Below are positions 12,219 to 23,917 of a stretch of 38,943 nucleotides of DNA, piece by piece. Origin of the DNA: Pelomyxa schiedti (Eukaryota; Protista; Evosea); contig JAHLWZ010000952.1 in assembly GCA_020536535.1 (NCBI GenBank), positions 1 to 38,943 on the forward strand, in the 5' to 3' direction. The translations under genes and the position numbers were made by a program. Position 1 is the first letter of the stretch. Each line of letters begins with the position of its first letter. The notes under the pieces are model-generated. The model was not told where the DNA came from. It did no database searches and saw only the letters and a program-made list of their open reading frames with translations.

Positions 12219-14956
12219 ATGTTCATGATGTGGGGGATGGCACCGACGTGGCAGCAACAACAACAACAACAACAACAACAATTGCAGCCACCCCCGTTGT
12301 GATCCCATAATGGCGGTGTCTGGCCGGCGCTTCCGCTTCCCCTGTACGGGCAACATCCGCCGCCGTACTTGCACCCTCCGCAGCACCAGTCCCACAATGC
12401 CGGCTTTCAACCGATGCCTCCTTATCATTACTACTACGATCAGGCCCAACAACGGCAGCCAATCACGTTTGCTCCCTACCAAGTCCCTGATCAGCAACAG
12501 CAAGTCCCACAATCTTACTACAGCCAGCATCACCAGCCTCTGTTTTACCAGCCTGCAAATTACATGGCCACGCCCATTGCGCAACCCCCTTACGAGCCAG
12601 TCCAAGTCCCACCCCCGCAGGTGGCGTCCCATAATTTCGATGTTCTACGGGCGCCCCTCCCTACGTACAATGAGAATTACAACCAACAACCCTCCATTCA
12701 GTGGAACACTTACTATCCCGCCGTTCATCCTCAACCAGAGTGTTATTACCAGCAAATCCCGCAGCAGCAATGGGGATATGAACAGAGCGCCACATGCGGT
12801 ACTTCTACAACTACGTCATCAGCTACAATAAGTGGCACAACCTACAGTGATTCACCCGCAAGTTCCAGTGTTGAAATGGCTCAGCCTGAACAACAACCAA
12901 AGAAGAGGAGGAGGAGAAGAAGGAAGGCGCCTTTTCCTATATGAAGAACCAGAGCCCCAACCCACCCCTGCTAATGAGGACAATAGTGGATTTGATACTA
13001 GCCATGGTGTTAATGCCTACCCTAGTGCTGAATTTGAAGTTGATGCCAATGCCCATCTGGACCACTATGGTGACGGCGACATTATTCAGGAGGGATCCCA
13101 TCAAATTGATTCCCTGGCAACTGCTGTGCCTGGTACAGAAGCAGTACAAGAATACAATGTTGCCTGCGAAATCACTGATGTTCATCACGGTTGCTATGTT
13201 GAGGCTGACTATACAGTAGTCGATGACGCGCTTTCTAAACCTGCTGAAGAAATCCTTCCAGCCATGAAGACACACAAGATTCCAGCACTGCAAGCAACTC
13301 ATGAAGAGCATAAAGAACAGGGCACTCCTCAGGATGCAGCTGTAAAAGACGAGGCCCCCACTGAGCAACTACCACCCCCACAATTGACTGTCACTTCTTC
13401 ACCACATCATCAAACCTCAGCGTCGATCCACGGCATTGTGCTTATGGTTTCTTTGGCCTCGATAATGTTAGCAAAGACACCCTAACCTACAACAAAGAGG
13501 AGAACCTAGGGAAGGGAACTTATGGAAGAGTATTTGCAGGTATATTCATGTAGTGGTTATATTAACATTGAGTAACTATTACTGTTGTGGTTATATTTTC
13601 ATTAACAGCAAACAACTTGTATGACAAAGGCATGTATGGCACACAGCCGGCAGCTTACAAATTTTTGGACCATACAAACAATACAGCAGAGTCCATGAAA
13701 AAAGAGGTGGAAATGCTGCGCTATGTTGCATGTGGCTGCGTTGTAGCTGTTTTAGGTAGTCAGACTCTACACACCCCAACCTAATGTTTTATTGTAGTTT
13801 TATTCATCAATAATCAGGTGTCTGCATAGAGGAACAAGTCATTATCTTTGAGAGGTTGGCAACCGATCTGTTTAAGCTGCTGTACAGGGATGATCTCATT
13901 CCAGGTGATTTGCGGCGCAAAAAGCGTTTTGGTGGGCTCAGCCTCGAGGATATAAGCGTGATTATACATGGAGTGGTATTTTTCCTTTCCTTCCTTCCCC
14001 TGCACTAACCACCATTATTACTTCTCAAAGGCGTTAAGTGTATCATGGCTGCATGACAAGGGCATTATCCACAGGTCTGCTTTGCATCACATTTCAAGTC
14101 AAAACCTAATCGTTCTCGGCAGGGATATTAAATTGGCCAACTTCCTTGTTTCGAGTGAGCTGCACATCAAAGTAAGTTTGTGCCTGAAGAATAACAATTT
14201 AACCAAGAAATGAATAGATAGCTGATCTTGGTTTCGCAAAGCACTTCTCAGAGTTGAAGAACCTAAACACTGCAGTTGACACTGTGGGAACGTGTATGTT
14301 GTGAGATTACTCTCTTTATTGAATCTCATCGTTGTCCAGATTGTTACCTAGCGCCTGAGTTATTGCCATCAAATTCGGCAGAGATACACTTCACATTAAT
14401 GGACTCGCCAACACTAGACTCACTGGATTGGAATATCAAGAAAACCAGTTTCGCTTCTGATGTGTACGATAACCATTTCCTTCTCTTCCTCTCTTTTTTT
14501 CGTTCTGTTATTTGCACTGTTTTTTCATTCCCAAACGACAGTTTCGCACTGGGCTTGGTCATTCGTGAGATTCTGACAGGGAAGCCACGACACGGCACAC
14601 TAGGAGAACAGCTCCGCGAAACACAAAAAGGACACAACCTTCAAATCCCAGATATAATTGAAACTGGTGTGGATGCTAACAAGCAGACCCCAAAGAAGCT
14701 GGTGTGTTTATGAGTATTGAGGGATTATCATCCAACTAACCACAATCCAGATAAAGGTTATTACGAATTGCTTGGCAACGAATGTCGCTCAGGTCCGTAG
14801 TGGATAATAGTAGTTTTTGTTAAATATTGTGAATGAATTCTTACACTCACCTCTTCCCAGAGGTGTGAGATGAAGTGGGTCATGGAGGAACTGGACGAGT
14901 TCCGTGTTAAGCAAGAATTACTTAGAAATTCTGTTGCCTACGTCAACCACACTTGA
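12219..14956 (+). pseudogene. Ser/Thr protein kinase with a Gln/Pro/Tyr-rich N-terminus; reading frame apparently disrupted
   Basis: Kinase motifs LGKGTYGRV, AAYK, KKEVEML, HPNL, IIHRDIKLAN, IADLG, GTYCYLAPE, SDV..ALG. Upstream there is an in-frame TGA at 12300-12302 and two frame changes (~12935 and ~13370-13480). Kinase identity is secure; pseudogene status is less so. Confidence 0.6.
12252..12281 (+). repeat. (CAA)n microsatellite encoding poly-Gln
   Basis: cagcaacaacaacaacaacaacaacaacaa is visible directly. Confidence 0.9.
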
Positions 14957-15162
14957 ACCTGGAAAGAAGGAAATGAATAAACAAACAGCCTCGTGAGAGG
15001 CTTCCCCTCAATCATGCCCTAAATAGTATTGATTTTTGTCCGGTTAGCACTCAAAGGATAAGCTTTTTGATGCTAACCACCCACTGTTCTGGATCTATCT
15101 GAACATCAAAACTAGGTGTGCAGTGAAAGGTTATTTAGCAGAAATCAACAGGAAGTTAAAAA

Positions 15163-16046
15163 ATGGCGAGTAGCCGCAGCACCTCTTTCACGTTCAATGG
15201 ACCAACTGGCGACACGAGGCTCGTGAAACTGGAGGCAGGAACAACTCTACGAGGTGTGTTCTTATCTATGTGAAGTCTCTCCACTTGGGTTTTTTTTTCC
15301 CCCTGGTGTATTGTTGTTTGAACTTATTCGTGTTCGTGAATACGATCCTCCTTACTTTGGAATTCATTACCACAAAAAAAGGCTCGACGGCCAGGGCGCA
15401 CATACTGGGCGACGCCAAGAACTCTGGGCACAACGTGGAGCTCACCGAGGTGCGAGCCAGCATTGTGGGACTGAAAAAGGACGGCAGCTCGGACGGCGGC
15501 GACTCGTGGGTCGACGTCAACGACGACGACACCGATATCCTCGAGCCCTATTCCAAAGTCATAGCCATAGTAGTCAAGTGCAAGTACTGTGACAAGCCAG
15601 ACACTGCAACCACCTCGGCTTCTGTGTCCGTTGATGTATCCGGGTCTCCAGCCAAGTCCGAGGGGGTCCCTCACATAGAAAAAAGCCCCAGCCCTCCCCC
15701 TGCACCATCATCGACCCTCAAGGCTCACCATCACCACAGCAGCAACAAGAAGGACGTGCACGCCAAGTCGACGCCGCCGTCCGACGATTCCACGAACAAA
15801 CACTTCATATCCGTCGAGTCGCCAACCGACGAGGGCGATTCCGTCAAGGAGCACAAGACTGCCGCCGCACCTGCTGCTCCCGCGGCCGCGGCACCCGATG
15901 ATGGGACGGCGGCTGCGTCACCAAAGGCTGTTGCTGCCAGCGACGCGCACGACGGCGACGGCGCCAAGAAGGGGGGAAAAACACAGGACGGCACCGCTGT
16001 GGCGTGGCACATGTGGTTGTGCTGTGGAAATTGCAAGTTTTTTTAA
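15163..16046 (+). CDS. Hypothetical protein: possible PB1/ubiquitin-like N-terminal domain, Ala/Pro/Ser-rich linker, Cys-rich lipidation-like tail
   Basis: ATG at 15163; one intron (GT at 15254, AAG acceptor ~15381) joins MASSRSTSFTF.. in frame to ORF 15270..16046. Contains acidic DGGDSWVDVNDDD and ends WLCCGNCKFF*. Confidence 0.7.
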
Positions 16047-16096
16047 TACTTATCGGGTGTTACATTGCTCTCTATTAGTGTTGTTGGAGTTACTGT

Positions 16097-19000
16097 TCAG
16101 TGATGGTGATGGTGGCCTTTGTGCTTGGGGGTGTCTGCTGGTTTTGCCTGGAGATTTTTCGTTTATTACAATCATTATTTGGTAGAGTGGGTAACTAACC
16201 AGGAACTCTGCAAGAGCTTGAAGAGAGGAGTTGTAATATTCATCTGGAACGACAATTACCTCGATTTCACCCTCAGCATCTGTTGTGATATCATTATAAA
16301 ATCTTTTGTAAAGTTAGAGAGTTTGAGGTGAGAAGTAGGTGGGTTACTTAGTCATGCGAGTCGCGTTATCCTCCAACCAATCATTGAATTTCATCATGAA
16401 TTCCTCTTTTTTACCAAATTCAATGCCATTGGCCAAGTTTTGCAGCATTTTAGTAACGACAACCATCTGACGCCGAATGCTAGGGGGTGGTGCTTGTGGT
16501 AGCAGCCCATAACTAAGAAAATACAGGTGGTTAGGGAAAACTGAGAAATTTTCTAAGAACCTCTCCGGTACAGAGATTGCCGTGTTATAGAATCTTAAGA
16601 AAATGAATGCTCCAATTGAAGACATTACGTAAGTGGGTTCTTTTGCTTCGATCTGTTTACAGAATTAGTATGACACAAGACCACTTAATAGATTTTTTTA
16701 TTGTTTACCTCCTGTTTGATTTGCCTGCATATCTTCCTCAAAGAGAGCGGCAACTGATCAGCTGATCGGGAAATTTGGAGCAGGAACTTGGTGCATATTA
16801 ACTTGACGCCAATGGCATTCAGGTCTTCATCTACTTCATCATTCATTTGTTCAGGATTGACCTAATAAAATGGTTAGGTCTGAAATTTGTTTTGTTGAAG
16901 TGCCTCATAAGTGGTTGAAACCAAAGACACAGACCCCTCGTTCTTTTCCTGGTTTGTGTAAAAATGGAGACAAAGCCAAGGTCAATATACTTGTTGGTCT
17001 TCGGCCTCTTGCAATACATTTTCAAATAGCACAGCCAGTGTTTTGAATAGATATGCAAGTCCAACCATTTTGGAATAAAACTTTTCTTTATAAGGGCAAG
17101 AGAAAAGTGCGAGGGGTACAACTTTAAAAGCTTTTGTTGACGAACTGTTCAGCCGGAAAAGTACCGAAGCATCAGTGGAGTCACTTATTTCTCTGGAGAT
17201 CAAATGTAGTACCTATCAGAAAAGGTTATTGAAAAGCTGTGGTAAATTCAATAACCAGTTGCGCTCCTGCACCATGGCGCTCAAAGAAGTAGACCATTGC
17301 TTTACACACGTTCTCCGAGTCAGTGATATCAATAGACGACAAAAGTTTATCCACCGTCGCCCAAGATCCGTCTTCAACTTCTCGAAGCTGACTCATGTGA
17401 ATGGGTAGCAAGGACTTATTTTTCACATACCAAAAGTGCCTCTGTATCTTTCCGTTCTTGATCAGAAAGAAGAGACCCATTGGTCTTAACTTCAGAAAAC
17501 CTGATGGCAGTTACTTTGTTTTGAAACGTTGCAGGGATATAACTGATGCTTCAAAAGATCTGAAAAGCTCAGGCGTAGCTTTGCTTTTCTCCGTTTTTTA
17601 AGTATAACAAAGGCAAGAGCAGTAAAACATGGTACACAAACAAGAGGGATAGCAATCAAACCAATAAGACCCAAATTGTTTTTCGTATCCCCACCTTTTA
17701 TTTTGAGATAACAAAGGGAAGGGGTCTCTCGTACCAGATTCGCTTATTTCGGTGTCACAGTTAGGCCCTTGCCAATTAGCCCAACACTTGCAACCGACTG
17801 TCCCATTTGTGTATACAAGGCATTCTCCATGGACACAGGCAACGTTAGAACATGGACTGCGGGTGATGAAAAAGGAGAAGAAGGAGGGTAGGTATGTACT
17901 CATGGGTTGTTGAAAAGAATGCTTTTTTAGTAGTAACAGTTTCCCAACCATTGGTCACTTGCAAGAACCAGGAGTAATTTGTGTCAGATTGTAAGGCCAA
18001 TGATACACTTGTAGCTGTGGAAAGCAGTGTAATATTTTGATAAATTCTCCATGTACTATTGGTGCTATTGAAAATTTGCCCTAACAACTGTGAGGTCATT
18101 TTGAAGCCTCTATGTAAATACCAGTATCCTCGAGGAGTACAAGAACAAAACTGTTATCATATGAAGTACTTGGGCAAACATGGCCCCAAGTCGTCACGTT
18201 ACCCCATTGAAATAGAGTATTTGTCTTATAAGTGACATTGTGTACCCGAACTGGGAACAACAAGTCTGGGGCTATAGGAGACCAGTCGTAACAACACAAG
18301 AATCGTAAATAATCCGTGGTTGATTGAATTTGATCCTAATACATAAAGTTGATATGTGTGAAGTGAAAAAATCTGTCATACTGCATTGATTACTCTCACT
18401 CGCCAGTAATATCTAAATGCAAAGTTTAGGAATGAAGAAAGGTGAAGCAAAAAAGCGGTTCAAAGGAATAAGCAAACATTTGATCTAATTGCCAGTCGGA
18501 AGTATCAAACTGTAATGTGTCATTCTCGTTCGCCTTTTGGTAAATGACATCCACTGCCTCAGAAGGCCAAATGTCAGTTCGTAGAGAGACAAACAGGCTG
18601 TATGTTCTCGAACTTGAATTGATGCATTCTACACCCCAATCACTTAATGATGATATTTGAAGTTTTGCAGTAGGCTCAATATTCATCCCCTCGATGGGGT
18701 AGTTCAGGCTCGGATACCCTGGCTTAGATGAAATGCATACTGGTTCAAACGTTAGTTGGAACATCCGTTAATTGTTACTGGCAAGTATACTTGTAAATAG
18801 CATAGGCGTAGATTCAGGCGAATCGAGGTCGCCATTGGATGATGCTAACCACCAGGAGAATATCCCAGGTGTTAAAGTAAGTGCTATCTGATTTGAAGTC
18901 ACCGTCTTGGAGAAAGAGTACCCTGACCCAGTATTGAGAAGGCTGAAGGAAATTTCATTGTTTTGTGGAGTAAAGCAGCTGTGCCCATAATCTGGGGAAG

Positions 19001-22000
19001 ACCAGGTGAAGTTGACTAATGATTGAAGTATCTTTGCCCCCAGTCCAGGGTACATAGGAATTGGAGTGCTGGGCGCTGCTTGCTGACACAACTCAAAAGA
19101 ATAAGTTTCTGAGAATTTCTGGAGAAGAGTGAGGGAGCCAGAAAGTACTGGAGTTTGGGTACGGTTTCTTCGGTATTATTCACACTTAATCGCCAGCTCC
19201 AATTTCCAGGAACCAAGGGAAGTTCGGTGAGGTTGTATCTATGTAAGTATGAGCTTAACTCTTAACTAGGGGAAAGGTGGCATGCTTTACGTCATTTGTC
19301 ATAACAGAGAAGACTACAGTGGCATTATAGACAAATAACACCGTCGAACAAGGCTTGGTATAGGGGCAGGTCTCTCCACAGCTGGCTGGTGTCCACTTCA
19401 GGATAACAGGTTTGGTGAAGTCTGCTATCTCATTATTCGCCGGTTCTTGTAGAAGTGGAGCTATTGGAGATTTTCGAACACAGACAGTAAAAGAGCTTAT
19501 TGCCCACGGAGTGTAAACAGCACCATTAAAATATCTTATACTCCACTGGTATACTACTGAGGCTGGAGGGAAGGAGGTGGAGTTGTATACAGTAGTATTA
19601 AGATCAAAGTTTTTGGACAAATATACAAGATTTGTAGATGTATCAACAACAGAGAATGCAACAAATTGGGTTGCTGACAAACCACAGTTATCACCCAAAG
19701 GAGGTGCTATCCAGCGGAAAAAGATATCATCATATGACACACGAGAACCAAAGCCTGGATATGTGAGGTTGGGTGCCGTATATAACACATCAGGCACGCA
19801 ATAAGTGAAACTGGTGGAGATTGCTGCTGAACAAAGTCCCAGGGTACATGCAGCCAGTGAGGCAGCGTTTACAACACCGTCAGAGGCATATAGTAAGTAA
19901 TTCAGTTGCGACGTCGGGAGAGGATATGACCTAGAATTTAAGACCAAGATATAAGATCGAGCTTGATTGCATGTTGTTCTCCACGACACCGGCGGAGACC
20001 AGACAATATTGATTGATGGAGACCCGACTAATATTCCACTGGGGGTCATATTTTGTGGCGAGTCTGGTGCTTCAACAAGGCAAACATAAAAGTAACGCTC
20101 TTCCGATGTGGAGTTTAGTACGCCGTTGAACGCAGATACACGCCACCACCACATTCCTGGTGCGAACGAGTCTGTAAGTGTTTTTCCTGTTGTTTCAGAC
20201 TGATTCCAAGTGCTGTCTCCGTCATTTCGGTATTCAACAATAAAGAGCATCAAATTCGTGCCGTTGCACACTTTTCCAAATGACTTGAAGGCTTTCCCCC
20301 ACTCCAGTACAACATCAACAGACAAACTTGTGGCATTGTTAGCAGGTGAGCTCAGCAACGGGATATCAGGAGCTGTATCATTACAAGTGGCTGGCTGGAA
20401 TTCCACGCTTCCCACAGCCAAGCTGCTGCTATACTGGTTATCCACTAAAACGTACCACCAGGTAACACCTTCTGTGAGGTTGACAGATACACTCCCGGTT
20501 GCATTGGCCCCACTAATCAGTACAGACTCATTAAAGACCACTGTGATATTGCACAATGGAGTATGAATACACGCCTCCCCACAGGCAGGTACTTCCCACC
20601 CAAGGTCTACGGTGGTCACATTGGAAGTATAGGGAGACCCCACTGGGGAAAGAATGGGTTCATCAGGGTCCGATAAAATGCACATATTCAAAGTCTGTAT
20701 TGCTGATACAGGGTTGAGCATATCGTTTCGCACAGACAGAGCCCAATATAATTCTGGGGCACTTTGTTGAATTCCAACTGGCGTGACTTCAGTAGTAGTC
20801 AGTTGGGCAAGAGCTATCCAGCTTTCTGAATTGTTGAATGTGGTCAGATTATGTGAGTACCACAATAACAATGTAGGTTCCTCATAGTAACAGTTGAAGC
20901 CAAAGTTGACACTCTCCCACATGAGCTTACTCACTCCATAAATGAAATTTTCTCCATCCAAGGGAGAAACAAGAATCGGAGCACTCTCTGGATAAGAAGT
21001 GCACACAGTAAACACATTTACTGTAGTACTGTTTTGCTGAAGAACCGTGTTGTTCGCCATGACATACCATGAGTGATTGCCAACTCCAACTAGTACTGTC
21101 AAATACTTGTCCACTGTTGATCCAATTGCGTTACCATCAAGAAAAACTGTATAGAAGCCATCTTGTGCGAAGTCAATACTCAGAAAACTAGGGAAAAGGC
21201 CAACCTGTCCCTGGGCAGCTTGTACCCATGCTGGCCGTTCTTTGCCAGGAAAATGTCAGGTTGAAGGCAGTAGAATTCAGTAGGGGGAATAATGTATTAC
21301 TGGATGGGGTTTCCAAAGCAAAGGACCACGGAGATGAAGGTGTGCAGAAAGTGAAATTCCAATAGGAAGACTGGGAGGTGTATTCTTCGTTGCTTGAAAC
21401 AATGTACCAATAATAGGTTCCGTCACCGAGTGTGACGTTATGTTGATACCAGGGTACTTTAACGTGAGATGCAACTCTGCTTGGTGAACCTACTCCCATG
21501 TAGACATCATACCACTGATCAGCAGGATAATTCATGTTGAATCCTTTTCGAAGTTATTCTGCGGTGAAGTCGAAGGAGGATCCGACCTGATTGCTTACAA
21601 AGAAACCAATGAGTAGCCGTGCACACATCTGCCGTCCAGCCTGAAGTAGTTGCATAAACGCAATCTTTAGTTTCGGAATTGAGATTTATTTCCGAAGGTT
21701 TATAACTGAGACTTGCCCCATCCAACCAAGAAAATGTGCCTTCCGCTCTGAAAAAGGATATAAGGCTCTATTTCAGGAGTTCAATAATTACGTGATATCG
21801 TTAAGCCCAATCCAAAAAGGTGCACCAGTAAAAAGCGAATTGGTCACGTTAGTGGCTTCTTCAACAGACTGGAATGACGCCAGTGTCACATCAAGCCCAT
21901 ATGCTTGACATGCTTTTATCGCGGAATTGTAGGACTTGGCAGACTGAACGAGTTGATAACAAGCACTTGGGTTGGAGACATCAGGCCAAAACGTACCAAA

Positions 22001-23529
22001 CCCAGCAGGACAGGAACGACCTTACTTAGTGAGTTGGAAGTTGATGTAGAGTAAGCATACTGGGATATAGCCCCCACTTAAGCAGGGGAGGGTTTTCGGG
22101 TTGGTATGCACCCCGTCCTGGAGAATAATGAATAGGGACATTGGGATACTTTGCTGAGGTTATTCTGAAGGAAAATTGAGATGAAATGTTAGAGGCTTGA
22201 GCTTGCACAGAAGTTCCCTGAACTATTGCTGTAAGTACTGCTGTAACATTCTTTTTGTTGGTTAAACTCTTTGTGTAAATCTGGGTTGATACCCATGTGC
22301 AGGAAGCATCAGATGATAGAGATAGTAAGAAACTTGTTGTTGTGAGGCCACGCTCTAGTTTGGATACTGTGGTATCCCCCGTACAAGTGTAACCCAGGTC
22401 ATATGTGACTGTGGCGCCATTGCAGCTTGTCCCTGTGTTGACAGTACTCCAGCTCAGTGTTACAGTACGAGACTAAATACAATGGGATGAATGATGATAC
22501 TGAGCTATGAGCTCAATTGAAGAATTACATACATAGCCAACCCATAAATCTTCAGGGGATTGTAACACAGGAAATGCTGGTGGCCGTATAATGCAAAATC
22601 TTTGAACAGGTTCAGAGGCAGTTATTTGGAACTCTGAGCATCGCCAGTTGGCAAACATAATAACCATTTCGTTAGCTTCGCACTTGTTGTTTACATAAGG
22701 TAAAGTGTATGTGCACTGCGATAGGTTCTTGTTGTTGCCACAAAATTGATCAATTTTTGATGCCAGGTTCCCACAGTCTTATCCAAATGTTAAACCAAGT
22801 ACCAAGTTATTAACAAAAATTCAAAAGCCATACTGCCGGGACTGGACTGGCAGTTTTTGCTGGAGGAAGTCCATGCAAGAGCCCTTTCCACTTTACGTAT
22901 CACTGTAGGTGCAGTACAATTTATAGTGATTTTTGAATTATTAGGAATTATTCTGCGACAGAGGTTCCTAAGCCCAGATTGTGAACAAGATTTAGAGTTG
23001 GAAATGGGGTACCCATATTGTGGCAATGGTGCAGCTCTCCAATAATACTGACCTGGTCCAAAATTAACTGCTGAAAGATTGTGAGTTTCTAGTTTCCTTC
23101 CCAGAGGGCCCCTCCCCCGCATTTTTTTGGCATACTGGCAGTTCGGTCATTTGGGTTTGAGGCGGAAGTGCGCTGGTAACTGGAAACAGTGAATGGTGTC
23201 AGAGAGGAGCCCCATTCAATTTTAAACTGCGAAAGTAGCGACAGATCTGGCGTGTTGGGCTGGCAGTACTCGGTCCAGCCATTGTACGTCACCTTGAATG
23301 TGATGGGGAGATACGTCTCGGTCGATCCGAGAACGAAACGAGTGTTGGTGACAGATTGGACGTATCCGGGGCACGACAAGCACGATGTAGAACAGCTGGA
23401 TGCCTGTCCGCTGACCGCCGGCGTAAGTAGAGTACCTACATAAACTGCAACAAGCAATAAGATCTCGACTAATGATACAAGCACGGCGCTGTTGCTTCGC
23501 TTCAAGCCGGGAAAAAACGTCCCCGGCAT
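16097..23529 (-). CDS. Type I transmembrane receptor-like protein: signal peptide, ~14 Cys-containing FN3-like repeats, C-type lectin, EGF, TM helix, cytoplasmic RasGAP domain
   Basis: Hydrophobic N-terminus; recurring PxxPxLxxP...W...GxY/WxWxV...FxxC units; CTL motifs FWIGLND, WLDG, DCV, FLCK (~21590-22020); EGF CSNVACVHGEC..CKCWANWQGPNC (~17755-17860); TM LGLIGLIAIPLVCVPCFTALAFVIL followed by KKRRK; RasGAP motifs LFRLNS, FIFLRFY, KMLQNLAN. Confidence 0.85.
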
Positions 23530-23917
23530 CGTGGGTTGTGTGTTTGTTTGTTTTTTTTGTAGTTTGTGAGGGTTTTCTTGGTCCGGCCTTTTTTGGGAAA
23601 ACCGATTGTTAGCGGAAAAGTTCAGTTTCGCTAAAACGAGTTGAAAAATCTACATTTTTGAAATCAGATTCCCCATGAGGGTGCACTGGCCTTTCCATCA
23701 ATCATCCAAAATGTCCATCCCCCCGAAGTCCCGCAACGCAGAATAGAACTCGTCTGTTTTCAGCCTCCAAACTGTAACAAAACGCCCAAACAAAAAGGCT
23801 CCCGTCCTCCTGGTGTGGGTGTGGGAGTGGACTTAAAATGTTTGCTGTTTTGTGCAGAGGTAAAAGTTGATTACAGAAAACATCAACTTGGCGCGCATTA
23901 ATTGTGTCCGAGATCAA

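Noticed and set aside
12300-12302. In-frame TGA as selenocysteine or an alternative genetic code
   Set aside because: TGA is a normal stop in other genes here (3636, 38226), the context is low-complexity, and the gene has other lesions.
16100-16114. C-terminal His5 tract on the receptor as a cloning tag
   Set aside because: It lies in an intron-containing genomic context with no vector sequence, so it is a natural low-complexity tail.
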